64,000 nt of DNA from Fidelibacterota bacterium (GCA_028101095.1 JAOHKG010000001.1:1332-65331); one strand, 5' to 3'; positions 29,346-41,076 are shown, counted from the first letter of the stretch. Translations and numbers: made by a program. Notes: generated by a model from the sequence alone, not told the origin.

Positions 29346-31181
29346 ATGATAATACCAGAAAATATTAAAAATAAATTGAATCAACTCCCCAAAGACCCCG
29401 GGGTTTACCATTTTTATAATGACCAAAAAAATATTATTTATATCGGTAAGGCTAAAAATCTAAAAAACCGAGTAAAATCTTATTTTCAGAATAAAAACTC
29501 TTTATCCCCTAAAAATGCAACCATGTTAAAACATATTAAAAACATAGATTGGATAATTGTAAGAAACGAAGTTGAAGCATTAATGACAGAAGCAAATTTG
29601 ATCAAAATGCACCATCCAAAGTATAATATTGATCTGAGAGATGATAAGAGTTATCCTTTTATAAGGATTACAAATGAGCCATACCCACAAGTCTTTTTAA
29701 CTCGCAGTATTATTAAAGATGGATCAAAATACTTTGGACCATTTACTGATGTAAGGCATTTAAGAAGGACTCTCAAAGCATTACGTAAGGCTTTCCCGAT
29801 TAGAAGTTGCAATTATTTCATAGATAGCACGGTGATTAAAGAAAAAAAAATATCCATATGCTTGGATTATCATATTAAAAAATGCGAAGGTCCCTGCGAG
29901 GGCCTAGTTACACAAGAGAAATATTCAGATATGGTCACTAGGATTGAAGATTTTATGAAAGGGAAAACAAAACCAACGGAAGATCACATCAAAAAACTAA
30001 TGGCAACCGCTTCTGATAGCCAAAATTATGAAGAGGCTACAATTTATAGAGATCAATTAGAATCAATTTTTGAATTCAAAAAAAAACAAAGTTTAGTAGC
30101 AACAGATTTTATAGAAAGAGATGTTTTAGTATTATCAAAAGAAGAGGACTTTGGTGTTGCCGTCATTTTAAGAATTAGAAATGGACGGATTTTCAGCAGA
30201 GATAAGCTTTCTTTCAAAAAATTAGATTCCGATGATGGTTTAAATATAAGGACAATTATTACAAGATTTTATTTAGATAGTGATTTCATTCCGAGGGAAT
30301 TATCGTTACAAGTTAAGCCTCAGAATGAAAAAGGTCTTTTGGAATGGTTGAGGCAAAAACGAAAAGGGGCTGTACGTTTTATTTATCCGCAAAAAGGTGA
30401 AAAAGCCAAAGAAATTCGAATAACTCTTCAAAATGCTAAACTTTTACTTGGAGAATGGAAGCTAAATAAAGAAAAAAGAAAAGATCAAGTACCTAAAATT
30501 TTGGATCAGTTAAAAGAGGACCTAAACTTAACTGTTCCACCAAGAAGAATAGAGGCATTTGATATTTCCCACTTAGGTGGAACCAATACAGTTGCTTCAA
30601 TGGTCTGTTTTGTCGATGGAATTCCTAAGAAGAAAGAATATAGAAAATATAATATAAAGAGCGTACAAAATATTGATGATTTTGCATCTATTAAAGAAGT
30701 TGTTTATCGTAGATATAAAAGGTTAAAAAAAGAAAAAGTAAAATTACCTGATTTAATTTTAATTGATGGTGGAAAAGGTCAGCTTAGTATGGCTTTATCA
30801 GCTCTAAAAGAATTAAGATTTGATTATATTCCAATTATAGGTCTTGCTAAGCGTTTAGAAGAAGTCTTTATCCCAGGTAACTCAGATCCACAATCAATTC
30901 ATAAACAAAGTCCAGGGTTGATATTATTAAGAAGAATAAGGGATGAAGCTCACAGGTTTGCAATCTCTTTCCAAAGAAGTAAAAGAAAAAAGACTGTTTT
31001 AAGTTCTGTTTTTTCAAATATTCCAGGGCTAGGTACAAAAAGAATAAAGATTCTAATGAATGAATTTAATGGACCAAAAGATTTAGTCTCGAAAAATGAA
31101 AAAACAATCAATAAAAAGACTGGGATACCAATAAAGATTTGTTTGGAGATAATTAAGCTATCGAAAGAGATCCTAAAATAA
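29346..31181 (+). CDS. uvrC: excinuclease ABC subunit C
   Basis: The 611-aa ORF has a GIY-YIG domain (GVYHFYN...IIYIGKAKNLKNR), a UVR domain (YEEATIYRDQLESI), the UvrC endonuclease region and a C-terminal HhH. Confidence 0.95.
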   Translation: MIIPENIKNKLNQLPKDPGVYHFYNDQKNIIYIGKAKNLKNRVKSYFQNKNSLSPKNATMLKHIKNIDWIIVRNEVEALMTEANLIKMHHPKYNIDLRDDKSYPFIRITNEPYPQVFLTRSIIKDGSKYFGPFTDVRHLRRTLKALRKAFPIRSCNYFIDSTVIKEKKISICLDYHIKKCEGPCEGLVTQEKYSDMVTRIEDFMKGKTKPTEDHIKKLMATASDSQNYEEATIYRDQLESIFEFKKKQSLVATDFIERDVLVLSKEEDFGVAVILRIRNGRIFSRDKLSFKKLDSDDGLNIRTIITRFYLDSDFIPRELSLQVKPQNEKGLLEWLRQKRKGAVRFIYPQKGEKAKEIRITLQNAKLLLGEWKLNKEKRKDQVPKILDQLKEDLNLTVPPRRIEAFDISHLGGTNTVASMVCFVDGIPKKKEYRKYNIKSVQNIDDFASIKEVVYRRYKRLKKEKVKLPDLILIDGGKGQLSMALSALKELRFDYIPIIGLAKRLEEVFIPGNSDPQSIHKQSPGLILLRRIRDEAHRFAISFQRSKRKKTVLSSVFSNIPGLGTKRIKILMNEFNGPKDLVSKNEKTINKKTGIPIKICLEIIKLSKEILK

Positions 31182-31242
31182 TCGTACTTGGAGATAGTCT
31201 ACCATTGAAAAAAGTAGTTAAACTTTTGTAATTTTAGACAAT

Positions 31243-33240
31243 ATGGCAGATTTGAAAATAAACTCAAGATTCACACCTCAAGGCGATCAGCCATTAGCTA
31301 TAAAAGAACTAGTTAATGGCATTAATAGAAGAGAAAAATATCAAACGCTGATGGGCGTCACAGGTTCAGGAAAAACCTTTACAATGGCGAACGTGATTGA
31401 AAAAGTACAAAAACCTACTTTAATTATGTCACATAATAAAACGTTAGCTGCACAGCTATATGGTGAGTTCAAGCAGTTATTTCCTGATAATGCAGTTGAA
31501 TTTTTTATTTCATATTACGATTACTATCAACCCGAAGCCTACCTTCCTGTGACCGATACCTTTATAGAAAAAGATTCATCTGTTAATGAAGAAATTGATA
31601 AATTAAGATTGAAGGCAACTAGTTCTTTAATGGCTAGAAAAGATGTCATTGTTATTAGCTCTGTCTCATGTATATATGGTATTGGCTCTCCTGAAGAATA
31701 TAAAAAAGGAACAGTCTCTATTTCTTGTGGACAAAACTTTAATAGAAGATCTTTTATTTTAGGTCTAGTAAATATTCATTATTCAAGGAATGATAAAGTT
31801 CTAGAAAGAGGAAATATTAGAGTAAGAGGAGACATTATTGAAATTTACCCGGCTTATGAAGACTTTTGTATAAGAATCGATCTTTTTGGGACCGAGGTTG
31901 AAACTATTACCCGATTTGATCCAATTAGTGGAGAGGAAAAAGAAAAATTACAAACTATCGTTATCTTCCCAGCTAAGCATTTTGTGACAGATAAAGAGAC
32001 TACTTTAAAAGTTATTGAGAAAATTAAGGTCGAACTTTATCAAAGATTAGATTTTCTAAGGCAACACAATAAGCTTCTAGAGGCTCAGCGCCTCGAGCAA
32101 AGAACATTTTTTGATATTGAAATGATGATTGAACTTGGTTATTGCTCTGGAATAGAAAACTATTCACGTTTATTTTCTGGAAGAAACCCAGGCGAAAAGC
32201 CTCATACTTTAATAGATTTTTTCCCAAACGATTTTCTGACTATTTTGGATGAATCACATGTTACTCTCCCTCAAATACAAGGGATGTATAATGGAGATCG
32301 AGCTAGAAAAACTACATTAGTTGAACATGGATTTAGATTACCAAGTGCTCTAGATAATCGGCCCTTAAAATATGATGAGTTTCATGAATGCCAAAACCAA
32401 GTGATTTTTACTTCTGCGACACCATCTCAAAGAGAGCTGGAACTTTCTCATGGAGTAATAGTCGAACAAATTATTAGACCAACTGGTTTGTTGGACCCTG
32501 AAGTCGATATAAGAGAATCAAAGGGTCAAATTGATGATTTAGTGGGTGAAATAAGGTTTAGAGTTAGTAAGAAAGAACGTATTTTAATAACTACTCTAAC
32601 AAAAAAGATGTCTGAGGACCTTACGGAGTATTTATCTGGATTAAATATAAAAGTTAAATACCTCCATTCTGATATAGGAACTGTCGAACGAGTTCAAATA
32701 TTAAGAGAACTTAGGATTGGAGAGTTCGATGTATTAGTCGGCATTAATCTGCTAAGAGAAGGTTTAGATTTACCTGAAGTTAGTCTAGTTGCAATTCTTG
32801 ATGCAGATAAAGAAGGGTTTTTAAGATCTAAAAGTTCCTTGTTGCAGACAGCAGGAAGAGCAGCAAGGAATGTCGATGGCTTAGTAATACTTTATGCGGA
32901 TAAAAAAACTGACGCAATTACTAATTTAGTTAAAGTGACGACAGATAGAAGGGAAATTCAAAGACAATTTAATTTAAAAAATAATATCACTCCAAAAACT
33001 GTTGTAAAGTCTGTAGATGAAATACTAAACTCAACATCAGTTGCAGATTCATCAGATTTTTTAGAGGATAATGTAAAAGTCAATTATGATTTGAAAGACA
33101 TACCATTAGAAGAAAAAAAGAGCATTCTTATAGAATTAAGAAAAAATATGTTGAAAGCTGCCGACGAGATGAATTTTGAAAAAGCTGCAAATTTAAGAGA
33201 TGAGATTAAAAAATTTGAAACTGAATTAGGCTCTCAGTAA
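31243..33240 (+). CDS. uvrB: excinuclease ABC subunit B
   Basis: The 665-aa ORF has Walker A (GVTGSGKTFTMA), the beta-hairpin region YYDYYQPEAY, DESHVT, helicase motif VI (QTAGRAARN) and a C-terminal UVR domain (FEKAANLRDEIKK). Confidence 0.95.
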   Translation: MADLKINSRFTPQGDQPLAIKELVNGINRREKYQTLMGVTGSGKTFTMANVIEKVQKPTLIMSHNKTLAAQLYGEFKQLFPDNAVEFFISYYDYYQPEAYLPVTDTFIEKDSSVNEEIDKLRLKATSSLMARKDVIVISSVSCIYGIGSPEEYKKGTVSISCGQNFNRRSFILGLVNIHYSRNDKVLERGNIRVRGDIIEIYPAYEDFCIRIDLFGTEVETITRFDPISGEEKEKLQTIVIFPAKHFVTDKETTLKVIEKIKVELYQRLDFLRQHNKLLEAQRLEQRTFFDIEMMIELGYCSGIENYSRLFSGRNPGEKPHTLIDFFPNDFLTILDESHVTLPQIQGMYNGDRARKTTLVEHGFRLPSALDNRPLKYDEFHECQNQVIFTSATPSQRELELSHGVIVEQIIRPTGLLDPEVDIRESKGQIDDLVGEIRFRVSKKERILITTLTKKMSEDLTEYLSGLNIKVKYLHSDIGTVERVQILRELRIGEFDVLVGINLLREGLDLPEVSLVAILDADKEGFLRSKSSLLQTAGRAARNVDGLVILYADKKTDAITNLVKVTTDRREIQRQFNLKNNITPKTVVKSVDEILNSTSVADSSDFLEDNVKVNYDLKDIPLEEKKSILIELRKNMLKAADEMNFEKAANLRDEIKKFETELGSQ

Positions 33241-33326
33241 AAACAAATGAGATTCACAAAACTTTACTTTAAATCAAAATTAAAAACATTGAAAAACTGT
33301 AATATTTTTAAGGATCTAATTAGATA

Positions 33327-34544
33327 ATGAATTTAGATAGACTTCAAAAGAATTCAGGTGTAATTGGAACATCAAAAAAAATTAAGCAAGTTCTTGAAAT
33401 GGTTAATCAAGTCTCAGGTGTCGATATTTCTGTGTTGGTAACAGGTGAATCTGGTACCGGAAAAGAAGTAATAGCAAAAGCTATTCATAAAAATAGTAAA
33501 AGGTCTAATACGTCTTTTGTAATTGTGAATTGTGGTGCAATACCTGAAGGAATTATTGAATCAGAGTTATTTGGGCACAAAAAAGGCTCCTTCACTGGGG
33601 CAAACGAGGATAGAAAAGGATATTTCGAAGAAGCTAACCTAGGCACAATATTTCTAGATGAAATTGGAGAAACTCCACTGGAAACTCAAGTCAAATTACT
33701 TAGAGTTCTAGAAAATGGAGAATTTATAAGAGTTGGTGAAGCAAAAACTCGAAAAACTGATGTACGTATCATTGCGGCGACTAATAAAGATTTAAAGTCT
33801 CTGGTCCAAAAAAAAGAATTCAGAGAGGATTTATATTATAGACTTAATACTGTCAATATTAAGCTACCTGCATTACGTAATAGGTTAGAGGATATTGGAC
33901 CCTTTATTGAGCGGTTTTCATTAGAATTTACACGATCCAACGATTTGCGTTTTAGAGGTTTTATGCCAGATGCGATTAGAACAATGAAACAATATGATTG
34001 GCCTGGGAATATTAGAGAACTAAAACATTTTGTTGAAAAGATTTTAGTTCTTGAGAGAGGTGAGCGAATAACATCAGAAATGGTACATAATTCTATGGAT
34101 GGGATCGCTTCTAATATCACAAATAAAGAAGATCTCCCCGTAATAATCGGTAATGATTCAAATAAAGCCGAAGTTGATTTAATGTTACGACAATTATTCT
34201 TACTTAAACAAGATACAGAAATAATTCAAAAATTATTAATGTCCGGAACAATTTCTACAACGCATTCAGAAAATAATATTAGTAGCATGAATCCATTAGA
34301 GAAAAATTTACAATTTCCTCAGAAATCTATGGAGATAGTTGAAGAAGGCTTCAGGTTTATTCGTGATGATGCTATTGGAGATATATCTATAAAAGATTTA
34401 GAAAAAGAATTGATAACACGAACCCTTAGTTTTTTTAATAATAATAGAAGAAAGACAGCAAGGTCGTTAGGTTTAAGTGAGCGTACTTTGTACAGGAAAA
34501 TTGAAGAATATGGTCTTGAGCCCAAAATTAATAGAAATAAGTAA
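33327..34544 (+). CDS. sigma-54-dependent transcriptional activator (AAA+ plus Fis-type HTH) lacking any N-terminal receiver or sensor domain
   Basis: The 405-aa ORF has Walker A (GESGTGKE) from residue ~40, a GSFTGA loop (GAFTGA variant), Walker B (FLDEIGE), WPGNIREL, and a C-terminal HTH (ARSLGLSERTLYRKI). Confidence 0.9.
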   Translation: MNLDRLQKNSGVIGTSKKIKQVLEMVNQVSGVDISVLVTGESGTGKEVIAKAIHKNSKRSNTSFVIVNCGAIPEGIIESELFGHKKGSFTGANEDRKGYFEEANLGTIFLDEIGETPLETQVKLLRVLENGEFIRVGEAKTRKTDVRIIAATNKDLKSLVQKKEFREDLYYRLNTVNIKLPALRNRLEDIGPFIERFSLEFTRSNDLRFRGFMPDAIRTMKQYDWPGNIRELKHFVEKILVLERGERITSEMVHNSMDGIASNITNKEDLPVIIGNDSNKAEVDLMLRQLFLLKQDTEIIQKLLMSGTISTTHSENNISSMNPLEKNLQFPQKSMEIVEEGFRFIRDDAIGDISIKDLEKELITRTLSFFNNNRRKTARSLGLSERTLYRKIEEYGLEPKINRNK

Positions 34545-34545
34545 A

Positions 34546-35097
34546 ATGAAGTTCTTTATTTTACTGACTTCGTTCATTTATTTTTCTTCATGTTCTTATT
34601 ATTCATTAGCTGGTTCAATACCAACTCATATTAAATCAGTTTATATACCTTTATTTGAAAATCAAACTTCAGAATTTGATTTAGCTGAAAATATTACGGA
34701 TAGAATTATCGAACAATTTAATCAAACTGGTTTATTAAAAATTGAAGATAAAGCTAATTCAAGCTCTATTTTGAAAGGTACAATTAAAAATATTTCGAAT
34801 GGTCCTTACACATATAGTAAAAATGAATCCATTTCAGAGTATAGATATAAAATTGATATCCAAATTGAATGGTATGATATCAAATATGATAAAAATATAC
34901 TTAAATCAAATTATTCAGGATTTGGAGCATATGGTATGAGTGGAGATATAGGTTCAGATGGTATAGATAATGATTCTGATGGAAAAATAGATACTGACGA
35001 TGATGATGAATTTGGGGAGCCAAGAAGTTTTGCTACTAAAGTAGCTATGCAAAAAATAGCAGAAGATATTATAAATGATATTATGACAACATGGTAA
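34546..35097 (+). CDS. LptE-like outer-membrane lipoprotein with an acidic DxDxDG-type C-terminal extension
   Basis: ATG 34546 gives MKFFILLTSFIYFSSC (lipobox) then SYYSLAGSIP..IKSVYIPLFENQT, which resembles LptE N-termini of FCB bacteria. The C-terminus carries DGIDNDSDGKIDTDDDDE. The ORF-track start at 34477 would overlap the activator and is less likely. Confidence 0.5.
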   Translation: MKFFILLTSFIYFSSCSYYSLAGSIPTHIKSVYIPLFENQTSEFDLAENITDRIIEQFNQTGLLKIEDKANSSSILKGTIKNISNGPYTYSKNESISEYRYKIDIQIEWYDIKYDKNILKSNYSGFGAYGMSGDIGSDGIDNDSDGKIDTDDDDEFGEPRSFATKVAMQKIAEDIINDIMTTW

Positions 35098-35112
35098 AGG
35101 GATTACAAGATA

Positions 35113-36408
35113 ATGGATAAAGTTACAATAGAAAATCTTTCTGATTATGATGGGAAAGAGATAGAATTAAGAGGCTGGGTTTATAATACCAGGAGCATTG
35201 GAAAAATTTGGTTCATAATATTTAGAGATGGAACTGGTCTTGTGCAAGGTGTAGTCGTAAAAGGTGAGGCCAGTAATGAAGCTTTTGCTTTAAAACAAAA
35301 ATTGAATCAAGAAGATTCTGTCATTATAATTGGTACCGTAAAAAAAGAGCCTCGTTCAGTTGGAGGGTATGAACTCGGAATTAAGGATATTACCATAGTA
35401 AATCATGTAACTGAAGAATATCCTATTTCACCAAAAGAACACGGTGCAGACTTTCTAATGTCAAACAGGCACCTTTGGTTGAGATCTAAACGTCAAAATG
35501 CAATAATGAGAGTAAGGCATCAGGTGGTTAAAGCTATAAGAGATTTTTTTGATATAAATGGTTTTACTTTAATTGATTCCCCTATTTTTACTGGGAATGC
35601 AGTAGAAGGAACAACAACTTTATTTGAAGTAGATTATTTTGAACGCTCTGCTTATTTAACACAGAGCGGACAATTATACCAAGAAGCAGGTGCGACGGCT
35701 TTTGGTAAAACGTATTGCTTTGGACCAACGTTTCGTGCAGAGAAATCAAAAACTAGAAGGCATTTAACAGAGTTTTGGATGGTCGAGCCTGAAATGGCAT
35801 ATGTAGATATTGATGAAAATATGACTTGGGCAGAAAATTTAGTTAGTTACATTTTAGATAAAGTTCTAGCAAAATGTAAAAATGAATTGAACACTTTAGA
35901 AAGAGACATTAGCAAATTAGAAAATATGAAACCTCCTTTTCCTAGAATTACATATGATGAAGCATTTAAGCTTCTCAAGGAAAGAGGATCAACTTTTGAA
36001 TATGGAAATGATTTTGGTGCTCCAGATGAAACAATTTTAAGTAATCAATTTGATAAGCCAATTATGATACATCGATGGCCTGCAGAAATTAAAGCATTTT
36101 ATATGAAAAGAGATTCCGGTAATAATGATTTAGCTTTAGGTGTTGATATGATTGCACCCGAAGGGTATGGAGAAATAATTGGTGGTGGGCAGCGTGAAGA
36201 TAATATTGAAGTGCTCACAAAAAGAATCAGGCACCATGATTTACCACTAGAGCCATTTCAATGGTATCTGGATTTACGAAAATATGGTTCAGTTCCACAT
36301 TCAGGTTTTGGAATGGGTCTTGAGAGAACAGTAGCATGGATCTGTGGCACAAAACACATACGTGAAACTATTCCATTCCCTAGAACGATGACAAGATTAG
36401 AGCCATAA
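35113..36408 (+). CDS. asnS: asparagine--tRNA ligase
   Basis: The 431-aa ORF has an N-terminal OB fold, class II motif 2 ([21 protein letters not shown], AsnRS-type) and motif 3 ([10 protein letters not shown]). Confidence 0.9.
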   Translation: MDKVTIENLSDYDGKEIELRGWVYNTRSIGKIWFIIFRDGTGLVQGVVVKGEASNEAFALKQKLNQEDSVIIIGTVKKEPRSVGGYELGIKDITIVNHVTEEYPISPKEHGADFLMSNRHLWLRSKRQNAIMRVRHQVVKAIRDFFDINGFTLIDSPIFTGNAVEGTTTLFEVDYFERSAYLTQSGQLYQEAGATAFGKTYCFGPTFRAEKSKTRRHLTEFWMVEPEMAYVDIDENMTWAENLVSYILDKVLAKCKNELNTLERDISKLENMKPPFPRITYDEAFKLLKERGSTFEYGNDFGAPDETILSNQFDKPIMIHRWPAEIKAFYMKRDSGNNDLALGVDMIAPEGYGEIIGGGQREDNIEVLTKRIRHHDLPLEPFQWYLDLRKYGSVPHSGFGMGLERTVAWICGTKHIRETIPFPRTMTRLEP

Positions 36409-36456
36409 TATTTTACTATTTTAGTCAAAACTCAATTAGAACAAAGAAAAAAATAA

Positions 36457-38067
36457 ATGAAAATAGCAGTATGTCAAATTAACTCAACGGTTGGAGGTTG
36501 TAATAGAAATACTGAGAATATATTAAAGCACTACAAGACCTCAATTGGGTTAAAAGTTGATATTGTTGTTTTTCCAGAACTTTCAATCATTGGTTATCCA
36601 CCATTAGATCTTCTATTTGAGAGTGAGATCATTGATCTGAATATTTTATGTCTAAATCAAATTGCAACGGAGTCTTCTGTTCCAATAATCGTAGGTTATG
36701 TAAGAAAAGACTCAAATAATTTTCTGTATAATTCTGCAGCAGTTTGTTTTGATGGTAAAATTCAGGCTTCATATGATAAAGTATTATTGCCTAAATATGA
36801 TGTTTTTGACGAAACCAGATACTTCAAGAGTGGTAAAAATACTAAAGTAGTAGAAATACCGGTTGAAAATTCAGTCCGCAAGATTGGTTTACAAATTTGT
36901 GAAGATCTTTGGGATGATAATTACGATTACAAAGTAACAGAAGAGCAATGGAAGCATGGCGCTGAATTCTTCATAAATATATCTTCTTCACCTTTTTCTG
37001 TAGGAAGAATAAATGAAAGAATCAAAGCTATCGAACAAAAGGTGAAAAAGTTTAACAAACCGTTTATTTATTGTAATACAGTCGGAGGCCAAGATGAATT
37101 AATATTCGATGGATCCTCTTTAGCTTTTAATAGAGATGGTCAAATAATTGCAGCTGCGAGACCATTTATTGAGGAAACAATTATTGTAGACTATTCAAAA
37201 AATATTAAGAAAATTTCATTAAAAAAATATTCTGATGAAGAACAATTATATGAAGCCCTATGTTTAGGAGTAAAAGATTATTTTCTAAAAACTGGTCATG
37301 ATGATGCTCTTTTGGGCTTGTCTGGTGGCATTGATAGTGCATTAGTGTCCTGTATTGCAGCGGATGCCTTGGGATCCTCGAAAGTTCATACAATTTCACT
37401 ACCATCAAAATATTCATCCGATCATAGTATTGATGATGCTGAGCTCCTTGCACGGAACCTAAACATCGATCATAAAGTTATTAAAATTAATGAAGTAGTT
37501 AATGTTATGGAGGATACTTTAGACCCCTACTTTAATAATACAAAAAGTGGTATAGCCGAAGAAAATATCCAAGCTAGAGTTAGAGGAAATATCTTAATGG
37601 CTTTATCAAATAAATTCAATTGGTTATTATTATCTACTGGAAATAAAACTGAAATGGCACTTGGATATTGTACTCTATACGGAGATATGTGTGGAGGGCT
37701 ATCGGTTATATCTGATGTAAATAAATTGAGCGTCTATAGATTAGCCAATTGGATAAACAAAGTATCTCCAAATCGAATACCCCAAAATATAATTTCAAAA
37801 CCTCCTTCAGCAGAACTTGCACCTGGTCAAGTTGACCCATTTGATTATAATATTGTAAGTCCAATGGTAGATGCTTTTGTAGAAAATCAAAGTTCGATAA
37901 CAGATGTAATAAAAACTGATGCAGATAAAACACTGTCTAAGTTTATTTATAATAGAATTAAAATGATGGAATACAAACGAAGGCAATCACCTATAGGTTT
38001 TAGAGTCTCTAATAAAGCATTTGGATTGGGTCGCAGAGTCCCAATTGTAAACCATTTTGAGGGCTAA
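36457..38067 (+). CDS. nadE: glutamine-dependent NAD+ synthetase
   Basis: The 536-aa ORF has an N-terminal CN-hydrolase domain (VVFPELSIIGYPP, LQICEDLW). The C-terminal NAD synthetase domain has the PP-loop GLSGGIDSAL. Confidence 0.9.
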   Translation: MKIAVCQINSTVGGCNRNTENILKHYKTSIGLKVDIVVFPELSIIGYPPLDLLFESEIIDLNILCLNQIATESSVPIIVGYVRKDSNNFLYNSAAVCFDGKIQASYDKVLLPKYDVFDETRYFKSGKNTKVVEIPVENSVRKIGLQICEDLWDDNYDYKVTEEQWKHGAEFFINISSSPFSVGRINERIKAIEQKVKKFNKPFIYCNTVGGQDELIFDGSSLAFNRDGQIIAAARPFIEETIIVDYSKNIKKISLKKYSDEEQLYEALCLGVKDYFLKTGHDDALLGLSGGIDSALVSCIAADALGSSKVHTISLPSKYSSDHSIDDAELLARNLNIDHKVIKINEVVNVMEDTLDPYFNNTKSGIAEENIQARVRGNILMALSNKFNWLLLSTGNKTEMALGYCTLYGDMCGGLSVISDVNKLSVYRLANWINKVSPNRIPQNIISKPPSAELAPGQVDPFDYNIVSPMVDAFVENQSSITDVIKTDADKTLSKFIYNRIKMMEYKRRQSPIGFRVSNKAFGLGRRVPIVNHFEG

Positions 38068-38070
38068 AAT

Positions 38071-38502
38071 ATGATACTAAAGATATTAGTTTTATTTTTT
38101 CTTACAAATCTTTCTGCTGGAGAAACTACACCAGCAGATTTTTGGTCCAGTTATAATAAAATTGAAAAAATTGCTTTTGTTAATGGTTCGTTTGGTGCGT
38201 TTGCTAAAATAAAATCTCATCATAAATCAGAAGTGAAAAAACAATACATGCATGATGATAATTGGAGAGAACCATATTTTATTGAAAGATTTTATGGCAT
38301 TATTGATGAATATATTGCTAGCGAGGTTGGCTATAATTTAGAAATAATAGTAATGCACCTAGATGCTTTTTATACTAATTCAGATAATATTAAAATTCCT
38401 ATACTAGAAGCTTTAAGGATAGTCGCACTTATTCAAGATGGTGAGAAAAAAACAGCAAATACAAGGCTCCTAAAATCTCAACAGAAATACAGAACATATT
38501 AA
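38071..38502 (+). CDS. hypothetical secreted protein
   Basis: The 143-aa ORF has a signal-like N-terminus. I recognise no family. Confidence 0.45.
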   Translation: MILKILVLFFLTNLSAGETTPADFWSSYNKIEKIAFVNGSFGAFAKIKSHHKSEVKKQYMHDDNWREPYFIERFYGIIDEYIASEVGYNLEIIVMHLDAFYTNSDNIKIPILEALRIVALIQDGEKKTANTRLLKSQQKYRTY

Positions 38503-38557
38503 ACTATCCTTCAATTATTCTAAGTTTAATTTATATTTATAACTTGTAAGAAAAACA

Positions 38558-40360
38558 ATGAAAACAGATAAAATCAGAAATTTTTGTATAATAGCTCACA
38601 TAGATCACGGAAAGTCAACTTTAGCCGATAGGTTATTAGAGGAAACAAAAACTCTCTCAAAAAAAGAAATGAAAAATCAAGTATTAGACAGTATGGATTT
38701 AGAAAGAGAGAGAGGGATTACAATTAAAAGTCATCCAATAAGAATGGAGTACGAGCATGTAAACGGAGAGAAATACATACTTAATTTAATCGATACTCCT
38801 GGACACGTTGATTTTAGCTACGAAGTATCAAGATCTTTAGCTGCTTGTGAAGGTGCTCTCTTGTTAGTTGATGCGGCACAGGGAGTTGAAGCACAAACTG
38901 TTTCAAATACATATCTAGCCATAGAAAATGACCTAACAATAATTCCTATTATAAATAAAGTTGATTTACCATCTGCAATGGTTGAAGAAGTAAAAGATCA
39001 AATAGTAGAACTCCTTGGTTGTGATCAAGAGGATATTATTGGTGCAAGTGCCAAAAGTGGTTTAGGAATAGACAAGATCTTCACCTCTATTATTAACCGT
39101 ATTGAACCACCAAGTGATAATTCTAAAAATAATACTAGAGCCTTGATATTTGATTCAATGTATGATAACTACAAAGGTGCAATCCCATATGTAAGAGTTT
39201 TTGATGGAGTTTTAAAACCTGGAATGACCATACAGTTTTTTTCTCATGGTCGAGAATATGATATTACCGAAACTGGTCATTTCGTCTTAGAAAAGGTGAA
39301 AACAGAAGAATTAAAATCCGGTGAAGTCGGCTATATTGTTGCAAGCATCAGAGATATGAGCCACATTGAACCCGGGGATACTATAACCACTAAAGAGGAT
39401 GCCGCTACCAAACGTTTACCTGGATATAAAAAAATAAAACCTATGGTATTTTCAGGTTTATATCCTGCTGACGCAGATGATTATGATCAACTTCGTCAAG
39501 CATTAGAAAAACTTAAATTAAATGATGCTTCATTGGACTTTACGCCTGAAACAAGTGAGGCCTTGGGCTTTGGTTTTAGATGTGGCTTTTTAGGTCTTCT
39601 TCATATGGAGATAATTCAAGAAAGATTAGAACGTGAATTCAATTTAGACCTAGTTACAACTACACCAAACGTAATTTATCAGGTTAAAACAAGAGAAGAA
39701 GTTTTATTAACTGTTGATACACCCGCAAAAATGCCAGGTTCAGGAGATATCGATAATATAATGGAGCCAATTGTAAGAGCTGAAATAATTACACCCAAAA
39801 AGTATATTGGAAGTATTATGACTCTTTGCCAGAAAAAAAGAGGTATATATAAAACAACTCAATATTTATCAAAAGATAAAGCGCAGTTACTTTATGATCT
39901 ACCTCTGGGTGAAATTATTTTCGATTTTTATGATAAGTTAAAATCTATATCAAGTGGTTATGCTTCATTTGACTATGAGTTAAAAGAATTTAAAAAAGCA
40001 AGTCTTCAAAAATTGGATATATTAATCCATGGAGAGTCGGTAGATGCTTTATCTGTTATTTGTCATTCTGATGATGCTTATCATAGAGGAGTAGCTCTTT
40101 GTTCTAAGTTAAAGGAATTAATTCCAAGGCAAATGTTTGAGGTAGCGATACAAGCTTCTCTTAATAATAGAATAATTGCACGATCGACAGTAAAAGCTTT
40201 GAAAAAAAATGTTACAGCTAAATGTTATGGTGGAGATATATCGCGGAAACGAAAACTATGGGAGAAACAAAAAAAAGGTAAAAAGCGTATGAAAATGATT
40301 GGTAGAGTTGAAGTTCCCCAAGAAGCACTTTTAGCTGTTCTTCAGATGGATAACGATTGA
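38558..40360 (+). CDS. lepA: translation elongation factor 4 (LepA)
   Basis: The 600-aa ORF has the GTPase motifs [17 protein letters not shown] and NKVD, and a LepA-specific C-terminal domain. Confidence 0.95.
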   Translation: MKTDKIRNFCIIAHIDHGKSTLADRLLEETKTLSKKEMKNQVLDSMDLERERGITIKSHPIRMEYEHVNGEKYILNLIDTPGHVDFSYEVSRSLAACEGALLLVDAAQGVEAQTVSNTYLAIENDLTIIPIINKVDLPSAMVEEVKDQIVELLGCDQEDIIGASAKSGLGIDKIFTSIINRIEPPSDNSKNNTRALIFDSMYDNYKGAIPYVRVFDGVLKPGMTIQFFSHGREYDITETGHFVLEKVKTEELKSGEVGYIVASIRDMSHIEPGDTITTKEDAATKRLPGYKKIKPMVFSGLYPADADDYDQLRQALEKLKLNDASLDFTPETSEALGFGFRCGFLGLLHMEIIQERLEREFNLDLVTTTPNVIYQVKTREEVLLTVDTPAKMPGSGDIDNIMEPIVRAEIITPKKYIGSIMTLCQKKRGIYKTTQYLSKDKAQLLYDLPLGEIIFDFYDKLKSISSGYASFDYELKEFKKASLQKLDILIHGESVDALSVICHSDDAYHRGVALCSKLKELIPRQMFEVAIQASLNNRIIARSTVKALKKNVTAKCYGGDISRKRKLWEKQKKGKKRMKMIGRVEVPQEALLAVLQMDND

Positions 40361-41076
40361 GTTTTGTAACAAAATACTGGAACTACACTAAATCACCAAT
40401 ATATAGCTTATTATTCACATTACCTTTTTTTCTAATTTATGAAATAGGTATTTTTTTTACAACAAATGATGATATCTTAGTGCTTCGCAATGGTGCAGAT
40501 GCGTTAATGCGCCAAATATTATCAATTTTTGGTTTAGTAGGATTATATTGGCTGGGATTATTATTTTTGCTAATTATAATTATTACTTTATATGCACAAC
40601 GAAATTTTTGGTCAAATACAGAAATTATTGGAAATTATTTTTTCTTTATGATGTTTGAAAGTTTATTTTGGTCCGGAGTTTTATTCTTATTTATGTCAAA
40701 TATTTATCTTTTTCTAATGAATCCTAATGGGCAATATCTAATCCAACAAATAACTTTAGCTATAGGCGCGGGTATTTATGAGGAATTTCTATTTAGAGTT
40801 ATTTTAATTTCAGTAATTGCTTCACTATTTTCATTAATATTTAAATGGAATAAAAAGACTAATTATATCTTAGGAATGTTTATGTCAGCTGGTATTTTTT
40901 CAGTTTTTCACTTTATTGGTGACTATGGTGATTACTTCTCATTTAGAATTTTCATGGTTCGTTTTCTAGCGGGTATTTTTTTAGGCATGTTATTTATCCT
41001 GAGAGGTTTTGGAATTACAGCGTGGTCACACTCAATTTATGATTTAATTGTTTTAACTAAAATAACTACAGAATGA
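40357..41076 (+). CDS. CPBP (CAAX) family intramembrane glutamic endopeptidase
   Basis: The 239-aa polytopic protein has motif 1 ([10 protein letters not shown]), motif 2 (FHFIGD) and motif 3 (WSHSIYD). Confidence 0.7.
   Translation: MSFVTKYWNYTKSPIYSLLFTLPFFLIYEIGIFFTTNDDILVLRNGADALMRQILSIFGLVGLYWLGLLFLLIIIITLYAQRNFWSNTEIIGNYFFFMMFESLFWSGVLFLFMSNIYLFLMNPNGQYLIQQITLAIGAGIYEEFLFRVILISVIASLFSLIFKWNKKTNYILGMFMSAGIFSVFHFIGDYGDYFSFRIFMVRFLAGIFLGMLFILRGFGITAWSHSIYDLIVLTKITTE

Noticed and set aside
34477-34545. Longer start (34477) for the LptE-like gene, overlapping the sigma-54 activator by 68 nt
   Set aside because: The extension encodes no signal features. ATG 34546 yields a canonical lipoprotein signal plus Cys and begins one nt after the activator stop.
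37326-37341. Sigma-54-like -24/-12 element TGGCAT-N5-GTGCA with correct GG/GC spacing
   Set aside because: It lies in the middle of the nadE coding sequence (the PP-loop region GGIDSAL), and the -12 element is imperfect. It is most likely a chance match dictated by the protein sequence.
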